Of a DNA stretch of 64,000 bases, positions 37,689 through 46,744 are shown one piece after another. The position numbers and the translations under genes were made by a program. The notes under the pieces are model-generated. The model worked only from the letters and a program-made list of their open reading frames with translations, searched no databases and was not told the origin of the DNA. Numbering within the stretch: position 1 is the first letter of the stretch; each line of letters opens with the position of its first letter. The stretch is taken from NCBI GenBank assembly GCA_965204535.1, contig CBDBEV010000001.1:1600001-1664000 (forward strand), read 5' to 3'. This DNA is from a bacterium (GTDB lineage: Bacteria > UBA8248).

Positions 37689-37957
37689 GGGGCTGTTAAT
37701 AAAGTCATCCTTGGTCGTAATGACGGCCAAAACCCGAAACCGGGCGGAGGCGCAGTCTGTCGCCTTGAAAACCAACCCCCCCTATCCCCCCTTGACAGGG
37801 GTCAAACGCGAGTGATGAACGAGCGTTTGCATGAGCCATTGATGAGAAACACATCGTCTTGCAAAACCTCCCTCTTCGGTCGGTTTTGACCCCTGTCAAG
37901 GGGGGATAGGGGGGGTTGCCTTTATCCCCTGACAAGACGGGCTTTTTCAACAACCCC
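37689..37957. mobile_element. MITE with IS1182-type ends carrying a variant of repeat family C (37774-37917)
   Basis: GGGGCTGTTAATAAAGTC ... GGGCTTTTTCAACAACCCC; 37721-37800 resembles 14045-14125. Confidence 0.7.
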
Positions 37958-38029
37958 CAAAAGGGCCGCATGTATGCGTGGGCAATCCCGAGGAGGGATT
38001 GTCCACTACAAAACCCTCGTCCCGCCCGC

Positions 38030-39022
38030 TTAGAACCGCACGGCCAGTTCATCCACCGCCTGGGTGGTGCGGGCGTCCTCATCCACGAGGAGCCACTCGG
38101 GCGTGGGCGTCTTCGTGAAGCTCTTGCCCGCCTTTAACACCGTGCCGTGCAGGGGCGCTTCCATGGCGTCGGCCAGCTTTTCCGCCAGGCGGACCAGGGC
38201 GTCCACGTCCACCCCCGTTTCCACCTCCATCAGCCAGAGCATGTGGGCCAGGTCTTCAGTCGATATGTTGCCCGAAGCGTTCGGCGCGAAGGGGCATCCC
38301 CCGATGCCGCCCAAGGAACCGTCCAGCACGGTGGCCCCCGCCTGCATCGAAGCCAGGGCGTTGGCGAGGCCCATCCCGCGCGTGTTGTGGAGATGGACGA
38401 CGAGGCCCTTCTCCGGCCAGCGCTTCTTAAGCTCGCTCACCATGCGCGCCATCCGCGCGGGGTCGCCCATGCCCATCGAATCGCAGAGGAAAAACTCGTC
38501 CACGCCCAACCCGACGTATTTTTCGGCGACATCGTAGACCACCTCTTCCGCCACGCGCCCGGTGTAGGGACACCCCGTCGAGAGGCTGATCGCCCCGCTG
38601 AAAGGGATGCCCGCGCCCTTCACGATCTTGGAGATTTTGGCCATCTCCTCCAGGCTCTGCTTCACGGAGCGGTTCACGTTCGCGCGGTTGTGCACGTCGG
38701 TGATGGAGATGACCTGCTGCACCCCGTCGCTTCCTGCGTCCACCGCCCGGCGCGCGCCGCGCTCGTTGGCGACGAGGCACTCGTAGGTCACGCCCGGCTT
38801 TCGCTTGATGCGGCGCATCACCTCGTCCGCGTCCGCCGTGGCCGGCACGGCCTTGGGGTTCATGAAGCTCGTGGCCTCGATGCGGCGGATGCCTGCGTCC
38901 GCCAGACCTTCGATGATCTCGACTTTTAATTCGGTGGGCAGCACCTGTTTCAGGTTCTGGATGCCGTCGCGCATGACGACGTCGCGCACGAGAACGCTCG
39001 AAGGAAGCTGGGGGTTCGACAT
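38030..39022 (-). CDS. Hydroxymethylglutaryl-CoA lyase family (DRE-TIM)
   Basis: RDGIQN, HLHNTRGMGLAN, GGIGGCPFAP.ASGNISTED. Confidence 0.9.
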   Translation of the reverse strand: MSNPQLPSSVLVRDVVMRDGIQNLKQVLPTELKVEIIEGLADAGIRRIEATSFMNPKAVPATADADEVMRRIKRKPGVTYECLVANERGARRAVDAGSDGVQQVISITDVHNRANVNRSVKQSLEEMAKISKIVKGAGIPFSGAISLSTGCPYTGRVAEEVVYDVAEKYVGLGVDEFFLCDSMGMGDPARMARMVSELKKRWPEKGLVVHLHNTRGMGLANALASMQAGATVLDGSLGGIGGCPFAPNASGNISTEDLAHMLWLMEVETGVDVDALVRLAEKLADAMEAPLHGTVLKAGKSFTKTPTPEWLLVDEDARTTQAVDELAVRF

Positions 39023-39047
39023 GGAAGGTATCCTCCCGCCGGGGGCG

Positions 39048-39977
39048 CTACTCGGCCAGACGCTTCATTCTCGGGTCGAGCACGTCGCGCAGCCAGTCGC
39101 CCAGAAGGTTCACGCTCAACACCGTGAGCATGAGGATGAGGCCCGGGAAGAGCGCTATCCACCAGGCCGTGTCGAGGAAACTCCTGCCGTCGGCGAGCAT
39201 TCCGCCCCACGTCGGCGTGGGAGGCGGCACGCCCAGCCCGAGGAAGGAGAGCGCCGATTCGATGATGATCATCCGGCCCAGGTAGAGGGTGGCGATGACG
39301 ATGGTCGTGGAAGCCACGTTCGGGAAGAGATAGATGAACAGAATCCGCACCGTGCCGCAGCCGGTCGCCCTCGCTCCGGTGACGAACTCGTTCTCCTTGA
39401 TGGAGAGCACCTCCGCGCGCACCACCCGCGCGTAGACGAGCCAGGTCCTGAGCGCGATGACCAGGACGATGTTCTGGAGACTCGGCCCCAGTATCGCCAC
39501 CAGGCTGATGGCGAGCAGGATGAACGGAACGGCAAGGGCCGTATCGATGATGCGGCTGATGATGGTGTCGATCCAGCCGCCGAAATAGCCCGCGATGATG
39601 CCGACGGTGATGCCGATGAGTCCGCTCACGATGACGGCGGCGATGCCGACGATGAGCGAGATGCGCGACCCCCAGACGATGCGGCTCAGGATATCGCGGC
39701 CCTGCTGGTCGGTGCCGAGCCAGTAGGTGTCTCCCGCCTTGTCCACGAAGCCGGGGGGTTTCAGGTAGCGTCCCAGGTCCTGGGAGAGCGGGTCCAGCGG
39801 AGAGAACAACTCGGGCACGAGGGCGAAGATGATGACGAGGGAGACGAAGAACGCGCCGAATATCGCCGGCGGCCTGCGCCTTAACTCCTGCATGGCGAGT
39901 TGAAAATCGCTCGGCCCCCGTTCGGTATCCTCATCGATTTCGATGTCGAGCGTCGCCGCCCTGTCGTCGACAACCAT
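39048..39977 (-). CDS. Peptide/nickel ABC permease (DppC-like)
   Basis: LGTDQQGRD..SR, ESALSFLGLG.PPP.PTWG, GDWLRDVLDP. Confidence 0.92.
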   Translation of the reverse strand: MVVDDRAATLDIEIDEDTERGPSDFQLAMQELRRRPPAIFGAFFVSLVIIFALVPELFSPLDPLSQDLGRYLKPPGFVDKAGDTYWLGTDQQGRDILSRIVWGSRISLIVGIAAVIVSGLIGITVGIIAGYFGGWIDTIISRIIDTALAVPFILLAISLVAILGPSLQNIVLVIALRTWLVYARVVRAEVLSIKENEFVTGARATGCGTVRILFIYLFPNVASTTIVIATLYLGRMIIIESALSFLGLGVPPPTPTWGGMLADGRSFLDTAWWIALFPGLILMLTVLSVNLLGDWLRDVLDPRMKRLAE

Positions 39978-39993
39978 CGTGTGTCCTTACCCC

Positions 39994-41013
39994 TTAGCTA
40001 TAGGAAATCCTCGGGTCGAGCCATGCGTACAAGATGTCGACCACGAGGTTCACGAAAACGAACACGAACGCCAAAAGCGCCACCGCCGCCTGGACGATGG
40101 GGTAGTCCTGGTTGTTGATGGCGTCCACCACCAGAAAGCCCACGCCCGGCCACGCGAAGACGGCCTCGGTCACCACCGTGCCGCCGAGCAGAATGCCGAG
40201 TTCGAAACCCACCAGGGTGACGACGGGGATGGATGCGTTCTTGAGCGCGTGGCGAATCACCACGAGCCACTCCACGATTCCCTTCGAGCGCGCCGTGCGC
40301 ACGTAGTCCATGCCCAGCACGTCGAGCATCTGGGAGCGCACGAGGCGCGTGATGCGCGCGGTGGCGTAAAGACCCGCCGTGATCGACGGCAGGATGATGT
40401 AATACCAGGCGTCGTAACCCGAGGTGGGAAGCCAGCCGAGATACACGGCGAAGAATATGATGAGCAAAAGGCCGAGCCAGAAGTTCGGCATCGACTGGCC
40501 GAACATCGCGCCGACCGAACTGGAATAGTCGATCCACGTATTGCGGAAGGTGGCAGACAAGACTCCGGCGGGTATGGATATCACCACGGCTATCAGGACC
40601 GCCACCAGGGCGAGGAGAACGGTGTTGGGGAAATGCTCGAGCACGAGGCCCATCGCCGGTATCTCGTGCCTATAGGAAAACCCGAAATCGCCTCGAATCA
40701 CGCCCTTGGTGCGGACGATCTTGGGCGCGTCGGGGTCGCGTTCGAGTTCATCGACCTTCACTTTCTCTCTGTCTGTGCCGAGCAGGTCGTCCACCAGGTC
40801 CGATCCCAGGATGAACTTGGCGAACTGGATCGGTATGGGCTGATCGAAGCCCATCTCCTTGCTGAAGGCCTCGATGTCCTCTTCGGTGGAATCGAGCGGC
40901 ATGAGGACCGCCGCGGGATTCCCCGTGATCTGGAGCATCGAGAACACGAGGATCAGTATCGCCCCGAACACGATGAAGCTTTGCAGGCAGCGTCTGATGA
41001 TATAGGTGCGCAT
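39994..41013 (-). CDS. Peptide/nickel ABC permease (DppB-like)
   Basis: GDFGFSY, DYVRTARSKG, TEAVFAWPG.G, YAWLDPRI. Confidence 0.92.
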   Translation of the reverse strand: MRTYIIRRCLQSFIVFGAILILVFSMLQITGNPAAVLMPLDSTEEDIEAFSKEMGFDQPIPIQFAKFILGSDLVDDLLGTDREKVKVDELERDPDAPKIVRTKGVIRGDFGFSYRHEIPAMGLVLEHFPNTVLLALVAVLIAVVISIPAGVLSATFRNTWIDYSSSVGAMFGQSMPNFWLGLLLIIFFAVYLGWLPTSGYDAWYYIILPSITAGLYATARITRLVRSQMLDVLGMDYVRTARSKGIVEWLVVIRHALKNASIPVVTLVGFELGILLGGTVVTEAVFAWPGVGFLVVDAINNQDYPIVQAAVALLAFVFVFVNLVVDILYAWLDPRISYS

Positions 41014-41271
41014 GGTGAAACCCTTGCCGAAAAACGATTGAATACAAATACGCCATATATACGTGAGAGATTACTTATCCCCTTCTTTCGGCGGCTCGTC
41101 AAGAGCCGTGGCACTTGCGCATAACCTGAAGCCATTCAAACCTGCATGCGCGGTGCGCCTCCCCGCTTCATGGACAACCCGCGCCTTCGTTCTGTAGGAT
41201 GCGGAAATTGCGATGCACGACCCCCATACATGCGAAAATCTTTGCGCTTTCATCACCGAAAGGAGAAACCC

Positions 41272-42255
41272 ATGAAACTCGCCACCTACAGAAACCTCTC
41301 GCCGGGCGCGACCGGAGACCGACTGGGCGCCGTTCTGAAAGACGGGCGAACCCTCGACCTGCGCCTCGCCTACGCGAGCTATCTCGCGGAAAAAGAGGGC
41401 GAAGGACGCCCCTACGCCATGGCGAACGCGCGGATTCCCCGGGACATGCGCGAATTTCTATGCGGCGGCGAACCGGCCATGGCGGCGGTCGGTGCGGCGC
41501 TCGGCCATGCGGAGGCCATCATCGCCTCCGGCGGAGAGCCTGCGGGGCCGGACGGCGAACTCGCCGCCCTGAAAGACCGGCACGTGCGACTCAGGGCGCC
41601 TATCCCCCATCCGGGCAAGTTCTTCCACACCGGGCTCAACTCGAACAAGCACGTCGCCAACACGGGTCATGCGGTTCCCGAAAACGTGCCCGGCGCGCCG
41701 CGCTTTGACTCCTCGCTCGTCGGCCACGAGGAACCCGTGCTCTATCCCAAACAGACCCAGATGCTGGATTACGAGGTGGAGGTCGGCTTCATCATCGGCA
41801 AATACTGCAAGGACGTGAAACCCGAGAACGCCTTCGACGCCATCATGGGCTATACGGTCTACAACGACATCACGGCGCGCGAGGTGCAGCGCTCCGCCGC
41901 TTTGGGCGGCGTTTTCCTGGGCAAGAACTTCGACACCACCAACCCCATCGGCCCCTACATCGTCACCGCCGACGAGGTGCCGAACCCTGAATCGCTGCGC
42001 GTGCAATGCCGGGTGAACGGAGAGACGCGACAGGACGAACTCCTGACCGACATGATCTTCAAGATACCCGAACTCATCGCCTTCTACAGCCAGATGTCGC
42101 TGGAGCCGGGCGACATCATCTCATCGGGCACGTTCTGCGGCGTGGCCCTGGAGCAGGAAGACCCGGAACCCTTCCTCCTAAAACCGGGTGACGTGGTGGA
42201 ATGCGAGGTCGAGCACGTGGGAGTTCTGAGAAACCCCATCGTCGCCCAGGACTAG
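41272..42255 (+). CDS. Fumarylacetoacetate hydrolase family protein
   Basis: LDYEVE, NDITAR, GKNFD..PIGP, LEPGDII.SGT, GVLRNP; AGGAG RBS. Confidence 0.9.
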   Translation: MKLATYRNLSPGATGDRLGAVLKDGRTLDLRLAYASYLAEKEGEGRPYAMANARIPRDMREFLCGGEPAMAAVGAALGHAEAIIASGGEPAGPDGELAALKDRHVRLRAPIPHPGKFFHTGLNSNKHVANTGHAVPENVPGAPRFDSSLVGHEEPVLYPKQTQMLDYEVEVGFIIGKYCKDVKPENAFDAIMGYTVYNDITAREVQRSAALGGVFLGKNFDTTNPIGPYIVTADEVPNPESLRVQCRVNGETRQDELLTDMIFKIPELIAFYSQMSLEPGDIISSGTFCGVALEQEDPEPFLLKPGDVVECEVEHVGVLRNPIVAQD

Positions 42256-42256
42256 A

Positions 42257-43240
42257 TCAGGCGGCGACGCCCAGGGTCTTGCGGACCGCCGCGACGACTT
42301 TCTCCGTGCTCGGGAGCACGAATTTCTCGAGTTTCGTCTGAACGGGAATCGGCGCCATGAGCGCGGCCACGCGGCCGATGGGCGCGTCGAGGTATTCGAA
42401 AACCGCCTCCTGTATGGCGGCCGAAATCTCCGCGCCCACGCCGCTCCTCAGGTGGCCCTCTTCCACGATGACGCAGCGGCTCGTCTTGCGAACGGAGGCC
42501 GTGATGGTTTCCACGTCCAGGGGCGAGAGCGAACGCGGGTCGATGACCTCGCACTCGATACCCTCTCCCGCCAGCGCCTCCGCCGCTTCGAGGCAATGGC
42601 CCATCTGATAGCCGATACCCACGATGGTGGCGTCCGCACCCGACCGCTTCACGTCGGCCACCCCGATGGGCGTGGTGTGATCGCCTTCAGGAACAGCCTG
42701 CTTCGTCTTTTGCGCGTAGAGCAGCCTGTGCTCGATGAACATGACCGGGTTGTCGTCGCGAACGGCGGCCTTGAGCAGCCCCTTGGCGTCGGGCGCGCAA
42801 CTCGGGTAGAGGACTTTCAGCCCCGGCACCTGCATGAACCACGCTTCGAGCGACTGCCCGTGCGTCGCGCCGTACTGAAGGCCCGCGCCGCTGGGTATCC
42901 GCGCCACCATGGGAACCGATAGCTGTCCCCCCAGCATGTAGCGCAGCTTCGCCGCCTGGTTCACGATGGGGTCGAGCGCGTATGTGGTGAAGTCCATGAA
43001 GCGCAAGTCCACGATGGGGCGGAAACCCGCCATCGCCGCACCCACGCCTGCGCCCGTGAAGCCGAGTTCGCAGATGGGCGTGTCGCGCACCCGGTCGCGC
43101 CCGAAGCGATCGGCCAGCCCCGAACACACGCCGAAATAATCGAACGCCACGTCCTCGCCCATGAGGAACACCTTCTCATCGCGCGCCATCTCCTCGTGGA
43201 GCGCCTCGTTCAGGGCTTCGACGTATGTGAGTTCTGGCAT
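42257..43240 (-). CDS. ThDP-dependent 2-oxoacid/acetoin dehydrogenase E1 beta subunit (copy 2)
   Basis: GEDV, DTPICE, HGQSLE, PGLKV, EVIDPRSL.PLD. Confidence 0.9.
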   Translation of the reverse strand: MPELTYVEALNEALHEEMARDEKVFLMGEDVAFDYFGVCSGLADRFGRDRVRDTPICELGFTGAGVGAAMAGFRPIVDLRFMDFTTYALDPIVNQAAKLRYMLGGQLSVPMVARIPSGAGLQYGATHGQSLEAWFMQVPGLKVLYPSCAPDAKGLLKAAVRDDNPVMFIEHRLLYAQKTKQAVPEGDHTTPIGVADVKRSGADATIVGIGYQMGHCLEAAEALAGEGIECEVIDPRSLSPLDVETITASVRKTSRCVIVEEGHLRSGVGAEISAAIQEAVFEYLDAPIGRVAALMAPIPVQTKLEKFVLPSTEKVVAAVRKTLGVAA

Positions 43241-43251
43241 CCCGGATTACC

Positions 43252-44220
43252 TCAGGCGAAGATGTCCTCGAGCGCCACGCTTTCTTCGGGCTCGGGACTG
43301 CTCTCCGCAAAGTCGATTGCTTCCTGAATCTCCGCCTCCACCGCGTCGGCGTGCGCTTTCTTTTGTTTCTCCGTCATCTTGAGCATCTTCTCACACACGA
43401 TGAGGGGGTCTCTCTCCTTCCAGCCCTCCCATTCCTCTTTCGTGCGGTACATGCCGTAGTGCGGGTCGCCACGCGAGTGGCCGAAAAACCGGTAGGTCTT
43501 CGCCTCGATGAGACTCGGCCCCAGACCGCGCCGCGCGTGGGCCACGGCCTCGCGGCTCGCCTCATACACCGCCGCCGCGTCCATGCCGTCCACCGTCAGG
43601 CCGGGGGCGTCGTAGCCCTTCGAGCGTACACTGATGTCGTTCACCGCCGTGGAATACTCCGCCGGCACGCTGACGGCGTACTGGTTGTTCTCGCAGAAAA
43701 ACACGACCGGCAGCTTCCAGATGGCGCACAGGTTCATCGCCTCGTGAAAGGCGCCGTTGTTCGAAGCGCCGTCACCGAAGAAAACCACCGCCACCCGGTC
43801 TTTCCCTTCGAGCTGATACGCGAGGCCGATGCCCGCCGCCATCGGCATGTTCGCGCCCACGATGGAATGCGCGCCGTAGTGGCCCTTCGACACGTCGGCG
43901 ATGTGCATGGAGCCGCCCTTCGAGCGGCAAAGGCCGGTCACCTTCCCCATCAGTTCGGCCAGCATCTCGGGCAGGCGCGTTCCCTTGGCGATGGAGTGTC
44001 CGTGCCCCCGGTGGGTGGTGAGTACGGCGTCATCCTCCCGCAAGGCCGCGCATACGCCTGCCGAACACGCCTCCTGGCCGATGCTCACGTGCACGCCGCC
44101 CACCACCTTGCCCGCCATGTACATATCGTCCGCCGTCTCCTCGAAGCGACGGATCCGGAGCATGGTGCGGTACATCTCGCCCATGCGTTTTCGGGATAAC
44201 CCGGAAGTCGATTTCGCCAA
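43252..44220 (-). CDS. ThDP-dependent dehydrogenase E1 alpha subunit (copy 2); start uncertain
   Basis: HVSIGQE, THRGHGH, GGSMH, GDGASNNGAFHE..N, ENNQYA, YRFFGHS. Confidence 0.9.
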   Translation of the reverse strand: MAKSTSGLSRKRMGEMYRTMLRIRRFEETADDMYMAGKVVGGVHVSIGQEACSAGVCAALREDDAVLTTHRGHGHSIAKGTRLPEMLAELMGKVTGLCRSKGGSMHIADVSKGHYGAHSIVGANMPMAAGIGLAYQLEGKDRVAVVFFGDGASNNGAFHEAMNLCAIWKLPVVFFCENNQYAVSVPAEYSTAVNDISVRSKGYDAPGLTVDGMDAAAVYEASREAVAHARRGLGPSLIEAKTYRFFGHSRGDPHYGMYRTKEEWEGWKERDPLIVCEKMLKMTEKQKKAHADAVEAEIQEAIDFAESSPEPEESVALEDIFA

Positions 44221-44230
44221 GACAGGTCCT

Positions 44231-45217
44231 CTACGCAAGCAGCTTCTTCGCCGCCGCCACGATCTTCTCCGTGCTGGGCAGGACGATGGCTTCTAATTTC
44301 GTGTGAACGGGCACGGGCACGTCGAGGGCCGCCACGCGGACGATGGGCGCCTTCAGCGCGCCGAAGGCCGCCTCCTGCACCGATGCGGCTATCTCGGCGC
44401 CCACGCCGCCGCTTTTGTGCCCCTCTTCGGCGATGACGCATCGGCCCGTTTTTCGGACAGAGGCCGCAAGCCCCTCCACGTCCAGGGGATTGATGGTCCT
44501 GGGGTCCACCACCTCGGCGTCGACCCCCTCCCCAGAGAGCAATTCCGCGGCTTCCAGACAACTACGCGCCTGGCTTCCGATTCCGATGAGGGTGATGTCG
44601 CTCCCTTTTCTTTTGACCGCCGCCTTCCCGATGGGTTCGGTATAATCGCCCTCCGGCACGGGACCTTCCAGGGAGTAAAGTGAGCGGTACTCCACGAAGA
44701 GCACCGGATTGTCCTCCCTGATGGCGGATTTCAGGAGCCCCTTCACATCGGCGGGGTCGCTCGGCACGATGACGCGCAGGCCCGGCACCTGGATGAACCA
44801 GGCTTCGAGGCACTGGCTGTGCGTGGGGCCGTTCTGGGAGTAGCCGCCCTCGGGCGCACGGATTACCAGGGGCACGCTCACCTGCCCGCCGAGCATGTAG
44901 CGCAGCTTGGCCGCCTGATTCGCGATGGGGTCGATGGCCAGCATCATGAAATCGATGCGCCGCATGTCGAGCACGGGCCGGTAGCCCGCCATCGCCGCAC
45001 CGACGGCCGCTCCGGTGAAACCAAGTTCGCTGATGGGCGTGTTTCGCACCCGCTCGGGGCCGAACCTGTCGCCCAGACCCGCCGTGGCGGGCGAGATGGC
45101 GGAGAGCGCCACGTCCTCGCCCATCAGGAACACTTTCTCATCGCGCGCCATCTCCTCGTGGAGCGCTTCGTTGATCGCCGCCGCATAGGAAATGGTTCGC
45201 GTCTTCACATCAGGCAT
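44231..45217 (-). CDS. ThDP-dependent dehydrogenase E1 beta subunit (copy 1)
   Basis: GEDV, NTPISE, THSQ, VVDPRTINPLD. Confidence 0.9.
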   Translation of the reverse strand: MPDVKTRTISYAAAINEALHEEMARDEKVFLMGEDVALSAISPATAGLGDRFGPERVRNTPISELGFTGAAVGAAMAGYRPVLDMRRIDFMMLAIDPIANQAAKLRYMLGGQVSVPLVIRAPEGGYSQNGPTHSQCLEAWFIQVPGLRVIVPSDPADVKGLLKSAIREDNPVLFVEYRSLYSLEGPVPEGDYTEPIGKAAVKRKGSDITLIGIGSQARSCLEAAELLSGEGVDAEVVDPRTINPLDVEGLAASVRKTGRCVIAEEGHKSGGVGAEIAASVQEAAFGALKAPIVRVAALDVPVPVHTKLEAIVLPSTEKIVAAAKKLLA

Positions 45218-46178
45218 AGAGATCCTCATACACTTCTTCGGGCTTGGGCTCGGGGCTTTGCCGCGCGAAGGCGAGCGCATCCCGTAATTCGTTCTCCACC
45301 GCTTCCGCATGCGTTTTTTTCTGCGCCTCGCTCACGCCGAGTATCCCTTCCGCCACGAGGAGGGGGTCTTTCGCCTTCCACTCGTTCCATTCCTCCTCGG
45401 TGCGATACGGTCCGAACTGGGGGTCTTTTCTCGAATGACCGAAATAGCGGTACGTCTTCGCTTCGATCAGGCTGGGACCCAGGCCCGCTCTCGCGCGGGA
45501 GACGGCCTCGACCATCACCTCGTGCACCGCCAGCACGTCCATGCCGTCCACCGTCACGCCGGGCATGTCGTATCCCGCCGCCCGCGAGCTGATGTCCGCC
45601 ACCGAGGTGGCGTAGCCCACCCGGGTGCTCGAGGCGAAATGGTTGTTCTCGCAAAAGAAGATGACGGGGAGCTTCCATATCGCGGCCAGGTTCATCGACT
45701 CGTGGAAGCTGCCCTCGTTCGCCGCGCCGTCGCCGAAAAAGACGACCGCCACCTGGCCCTTTCCCTCGAAGTGAAATGCGAGGCCGATGCCCACCCCCAT
45801 GGGCATGTTCGATCCCACGATGGAATGCGCGCCGTAGTGGCCCTTCGATACGTCGGCGATGTGCATGGAGCCGCCCTTGGCGTGGCATAGCCCGGTGGCC
45901 TTGCCCAGAAGCTCCGCCATCATCTCGGGCAGGCGCGTCCCCTTGGCGATGGAATGGCCGTGGCCCCGGTGGGTGGTGAGAATCGCATCATCATCCTTAA
46001 GCGTGCTGCACGCGCCGACCGAGCAGCCCTCCTGGCCGATGCTCACGTGGATGCCGCCCACGACCTCGCCTTTTTCGAACAACTCGAACGCCGTCTCCTC
46101 GAAGCGGCGTATGCGCAGCATGTCGCGGTACATCGCCTGCTTGCGCTCATCGCTCAAAGGCGCTTTTTCTTCAGACAA
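45210..46178 (-). CDS. ThDP-dependent dehydrogenase E1 alpha subunit (copy 1)
   Basis: GDGAANEGSFHE..N, ENN, YRYFGHS; TTG start with AGGAG RBS. Confidence 0.9.
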   Translation of the reverse strand: MSEEKAPLSDERKQAMYRDMLRIRRFEETAFELFEKGEVVGGIHVSIGQEGCSVGACSTLKDDDAILTTHRGHGHSIAKGTRLPEMMAELLGKATGLCHAKGGSMHIADVSKGHYGAHSIVGSNMPMGVGIGLAFHFEGKGQVAVVFFGDGAANEGSFHESMNLAAIWKLPVIFFCENNHFASSTRVGYATSVADISSRAAGYDMPGVTVDGMDVLAVHEVMVEAVSRARAGLGPSLIEAKTYRYFGHSRKDPQFGPYRTEEEWNEWKAKDPLLVAEGILGVSEAQKKTHAEAVENELRDALAFARQSPEPKPEEVYEDLYA

Positions 46179-46263
46179 AAGATGCTCTCCTTAGCGTGGA
46201 TAAATGGATTTTTCTCGTCCGGAGAAGACAAGATTCTCACAAATCGCCGCCTGAGGCCAACAC

Positions 46264-46671
46264 TCAGCCGGATTTCGCTTTTTCCTCCTCGGCCTGCTCG
46301 TCGGCGATTCGCTTGAGCGCGTAGAGACCCTCCATCAGCACGGGCGCGCCGCCGCCGATGCTCGCCACCTCGAAGGCTTCGAGCGCCTCTTCCATCGTCG
46401 CGCCCAGGCGCAAGGCCTTTTTCGTGTGGGTGTAGACCTCGTGTTTCATGCCCTTGAAGGCGAGCAGACCGATTTCGATGAGTTCGCGCGTCTTGGGGTC
46501 CAGATGCCGCGGCTCTTCCTTGAAAAACCCCCAGTGCATCTGCGAGTAGATCTCGAAATAATCCGGGTCCAACTGCGCGCCGAAGCCGAGCACGTCGTAC
46601 ACGAACCCCCGGTCGCCATGAATCTTCTCCGTAATGCGCTTTACCTTTTCCTCTCTGGTTTCTTCCGCCAT
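46264..46671 (-). CDS. Carboxymuconolactone decarboxylase/AhpD-like protein
   Basis: LDPKTRELI, H..KALRLGAT.EE..EA; AGGAG RBS. Confidence 0.82.
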   Translation of the reverse strand: MAEETREEKVKRITEKIHGDRGFVYDVLGFGAQLDPDYFEIYSQMHWGFFKEEPRHLDPKTRELIEIGLLAFKGMKHEVYTHTKKALRLGATMEEALEAFEVASIGGGAPVLMEGLYALKRIADEQAEEEKAKSG

Positions 46672-46744
46672 TTTCTTCTCCTTATGGGAACAAGATAAAG
46701 GCGGAGGTCTCCGAATCAGGAAACCCCCGCCTGAAAAAGCAGTC

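Noticed and set aside
9515-37917. Short ORFs containing PPLRGSR, LPLKGG or PLTRGGRGG
   Set aside because: These are translations of repeat families B and C, not genes
14098-37917. Repeats with variable spacers considered as a CRISPR array
   Set aside because: The arms are inverted and dispersed, not regularly spaced direct repeats, and there are no cas genes
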